A stretch of 64,000 nucleotides of DNA from Lytechinus pictus. Taxonomy: Eukaryota. The stretch covers positions 3,410,001 to 3,474,000 of the forward strand of contig NC_087257.1 of assembly GCF_037042905.1 (NCBI RefSeq). Direction: 5' to 3'. The notes beneath the pieces were generated by a model that was not told where the DNA came from, searched no databases, and saw only the letters and a list, made by a program, of their open reading frames with translations. A program made the position numbers and the translations under genes. Position 1 is the first letter of the stretch. Each line of letters starts with the position of its first letter. This document shows, piece by piece, positions 60,640 to 64,000 of this stretch.

Positions 60640-62070
60640 GGGTGCTAAAAGGAGTCATTTCTCATTCTTTTAAAGGTCTGTTTTAGCTTGAGAAACATTA
60701 GAAATAAATGTAGGCTTCATGAAAATAATTCTTATTCCCCTTTTGTAATTCACTATCTACAGCTGATGTGAACATTCCATGAGGATTGGAAAGAAGAAAA
60801 TAGTGGAATAAGGGCTCATGGTTCACTCTCTTTTATTGGTCATTTTTTAGCTTGAGAAATGTTGAAAATGAAAGTAGACTTCATTCAAATCATTGTCATT
60901 CTCACTGTAGAGCTGATGTGCATATACCCATCAGTAATGAAAACAAAAATATATCCTTTCTTGTTTTATTAATTTTTTTATTAATAAATCATCAACATAC
61001 AAATCCTTTACATCAAAGTTCACTATAAAGATTACATTAAAATTTAATGATAAATCATAATATTTACAAAAGATTGGAATGATCAGGAAAATAAAGGAAA
61101 CCAACCAGCAACAAATTATATCAAAGTAAAATAGCTCCTTTACTAAGTAAAAAGGGGTTAAATTGGTTGTGTTTGGAAGTGTTTTTTTCAGCTTGATAGT
61201 TTAACGTTTAAGTAGTATGATTAATAAAACTTGATTTTTATATCAATCTCAAAGATTATCTTTAGCTGATATGAACATACCTTTGAGTAATAATAGTCAA
61301 AAGAATAAGATTTTTTTTTTTTTTGCAAAAAGGGTACATGGCCCAATTATTTGGAGACATTTTTTGGGCTTTAAAATGTAAGTAGGCTTCATAAGATAAA
61401 AAAAATTATTGTAATTTTCGATCATAAGATACTATCTACCTCTGATGTGAACACAGTCCTGAATTATTGAAAGAAGAAAGATTCATTCTACAAGGCCTGT
61501 TCCCACTGGCAGATGGACAGAAAACGTTTGCATAAAGGAAAGGACACAGTAGATGAGCAAAATTTCAGGGGTGACTCCATCTGTTTCCATCCGCATCAGA
61601 AATGGACTAAAAATTTGCAAAAAAAAAGAACGGAAAAGAACATACGTGCATAGTATATAAGGGAATGTTAAACAGAAGTTCTTTAGAAGCCTAGCAGATC
61701 GATCGATGTGGATGACAACTTTAAAAATTTGATGTGAGATGCATACGCTTACATCTTTTCTATTTCTGTGCTACTAATGATGTATAGACGTTTAGAGATG
61801 GCAAGATTATTTTACCTATATCCTACTCTTGTCATTTTTAGCTTGAATATGGAAGGAGACTTCATATGAATTATTTTATCAAAATTAGAAAAATACTTTT
61901 CATGTTTTGCTGATAGGAACATGCTCATTAGATATAAACAGATGTCACATCCTGTAGCCCTTTTATCATCTTGAAATAACTTTTTGTTGTTTCTTTAAAA
62001 TTTAAAAAAATGGAGTATACTTCATGATTTTCAAAAAGTCTTCATTAAAAGTTGATGTGATCACAGAATG
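60640..62070. repeat. Old, interrupted tandem array (unit about 150-180 bp, at least 6 units)
   Basis: Ordered motifs ttagcttga / gtaggcttcat / gctgatgtgaacat recur; the last motif is at about 60762, 60912, 61265, 61441, 61908 and 62051. Confidence 0.7.
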
Positions 62071-62384
62071 AGTGTTTGAAAAACAATTTGTTGAACAATC
62101 AATGCATTCAGGTCAGGAGGAGTTGCTTTTTCCACACCTGCTACACTGTAGAGTGGTCAAAAATAAGTTGTTTACGTTGATTTGCAGACTCAGAGGTTGC
62201 GCTAGAGAGAAGGCTGTACAGGGTATAGGGGAAAGTGAGGGGGGACTGGTTGGAGCGGGGTGGTGAGGGTGCAATGAGATGATAAAGGAGTTTGATAATG
62301 GTATATGGGAGTGAAAAATGGACAGATATCAAGGTCAGCTAAAAGAGGAAGGGGGAGAGAGAGAGAGAAGGAGTGATAGTATGA

Positions 62385-62570
62385 GTAAATGAGTGAGCGA
62401 GTGAGTTAACAGGTTTGGGAGTGAGTGTGTGGGTTTGTGTGTATAAGAGAATGAGTGAGTTAACAGATTTGTGAGTGAGTGTGTATGTGTATTACAGAAT
62501 GAGTGAGTGAGTTAACAGGTTTGAGAGTGAGTGTGTGGGTGTGTATGTTTATTAGAGAATGAGTGATTTT
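62385..62570. repeat. GT-rich tandem repeat, about 55-60 bp
   Basis: gaatgagtgagt..gttaacaggtttg.gagtgagtgtgt occurs three times. Confidence 0.85.
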
Positions 62571-64000
62571 TTTTTGCAAGATTTTCTGCATTTATTGGTA
62601 TAATATACAATACAAATTTGCAATGCGTGAGACAAGAAAAAGACATAAATGCAATATAGAAAACAAAACAACTTAATGGGGAAGAAATGCAGAGGCAAAC
62701 TATACAAGCAAATATATGCTTGATGCTCAGCAGTTAACAGGTATGTGAATGATTGTGTGGGTGTGGATGTATGTGCGTGAGTTTTCATGTCACATGTTTG
62801 ACCCAATGACCCTCTTTGTTACTAAGACTTGTTTGTACTTATTCACCCTTATACCCATCATCCACTTAACCTCTTCATACTATGTTTTTTTTTTTAAATT
62901 AGCTGCAGATGTTTCTGCCATTATATCAACTACCATTGGCATCTTGATTTTGATTTACTGATAAGCCTTGATACCATTGCAATTACCAAAATAAAACAGC
63001 TCCTCGCTTGGATGCAAATACTATAGGAGTAGCTTATTTCATAGAAAGAATAAAGTTTCAATGAAATGAATTTACTTTGCATGCTTTTCTTGTGCAAGAC
63101 TCGATGTTTCATACAGTTTCTTGCATTGTCATTATTTCAGTATTCATCTGACACCAAGATAAAGTTCACATTGCTCACTGATATAATATTTTCCCCTTTC
63201 TTAATCATTTCTCTCATTTCCTTTGTTTTTAAGATGCTAACACTGCATTCTAATGTTTCATTGTATAATTTCCATATCATTGTTTTGTTTTGTTTTTCAA
63301 ATTGGGGTTCATGTCGACATCAAGAAGCATAACTTTTCCACTTCCTGATTTTCCATGTCACCCTTTCAGTTTTTATTCCTCCAATTGTAATCGGAATGAG
63401 AGTGTCAATACTGACTGCCTCCCGTAGCGCCCATGGCAAACTCATCTGCATCACAAATGTACTTCCTTCAACAATATCACATTCAATGCTTGGATGCTAG
63501 AAATAAATGTTTCGCTGCATTCGTGGATATCCCATTACACGCCTTGGTACTTATTGAATATGTTATATCAAGATGATATTTCCCCTGAAATCTGTCACCC
63601 CTGTTGACTAGTATGTTTGGTAATGGAGAAATTTAAAAGCAACTGAAAAGGAATACAATTGATCTTTTTTTCGGGGGGGGGGGGTATCCTAGGGAGAGGG
63701 AAGGGTGTATTACATTTATGACTTGTTCACAAAATAATCAGGAAATGAAATAGAAATGTTGGCAAAATACAATGTTAAAATACACTTGTCATCCCTTTTC
63801 ACGAACAAAAACAATAATGACTTACAATATATGAACAGGAAGTTAGGTGTCATAAAAACTTGACTAGCCTAAAGCTCTTTCTATCTCAATCAGATTGAAA
63901 GTGTATGCAATGCTAGAAAATTGCAAGAAGTATTATGATGCTTCAGTTTATAGTCCCCATTATTAGAAAAGGGCACTTTTAGTTAAGAAACACTCTTGTT

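Overview
AT-rich, repeat-dense animal genomic DNA with N-gaps at about 6.3-7.9 kb. The repeat families suggest a marine invertebrate, probably a sea urchin (inference). The window appears to lie within one large + strand gene, a transmembrane adenylyl cyclase most like vertebrate ADCY5/6. Only two small coding exons are visible: 31010-31131 (122 nt) and 53193-53304 (112 nt), separated by a 22,061-bp intron. They splice in frame and encode the C1a N-terminus and P-loop. Neither appears in the supplied ORF track; I found no intact gene among the listed ORFs. The introns are filled with non-autonomous elements: TTAA-flanked Kolobok-like MITEs, Harbinger-like MITEs, 8-bp-TSD foldback elements, Helentron/DINE-like elements with AGGTCA-rich tandem repeats, Deu-domain and CORE-like tRNA-SINEs, decayed CR1/L2 and RTE LINE fragments, and mini/microsatellites. 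The most striking structure is a young 563-bp near-perfect palindrome (16979-17541) with a 12-bp target duplication, a one-sided 38-nt tail and a minimal hammerhead-ribozyme motif at its centre, which looks like a Penelope-like retroelement footprint. Also notable are stop-containing partial copies of the 5' end of each adenylyl cyclase exon lying upstream of the real exon; the first is strong, the second weak. All coordinates and alignments were made by eye, and family names are pattern-based, not database hits.
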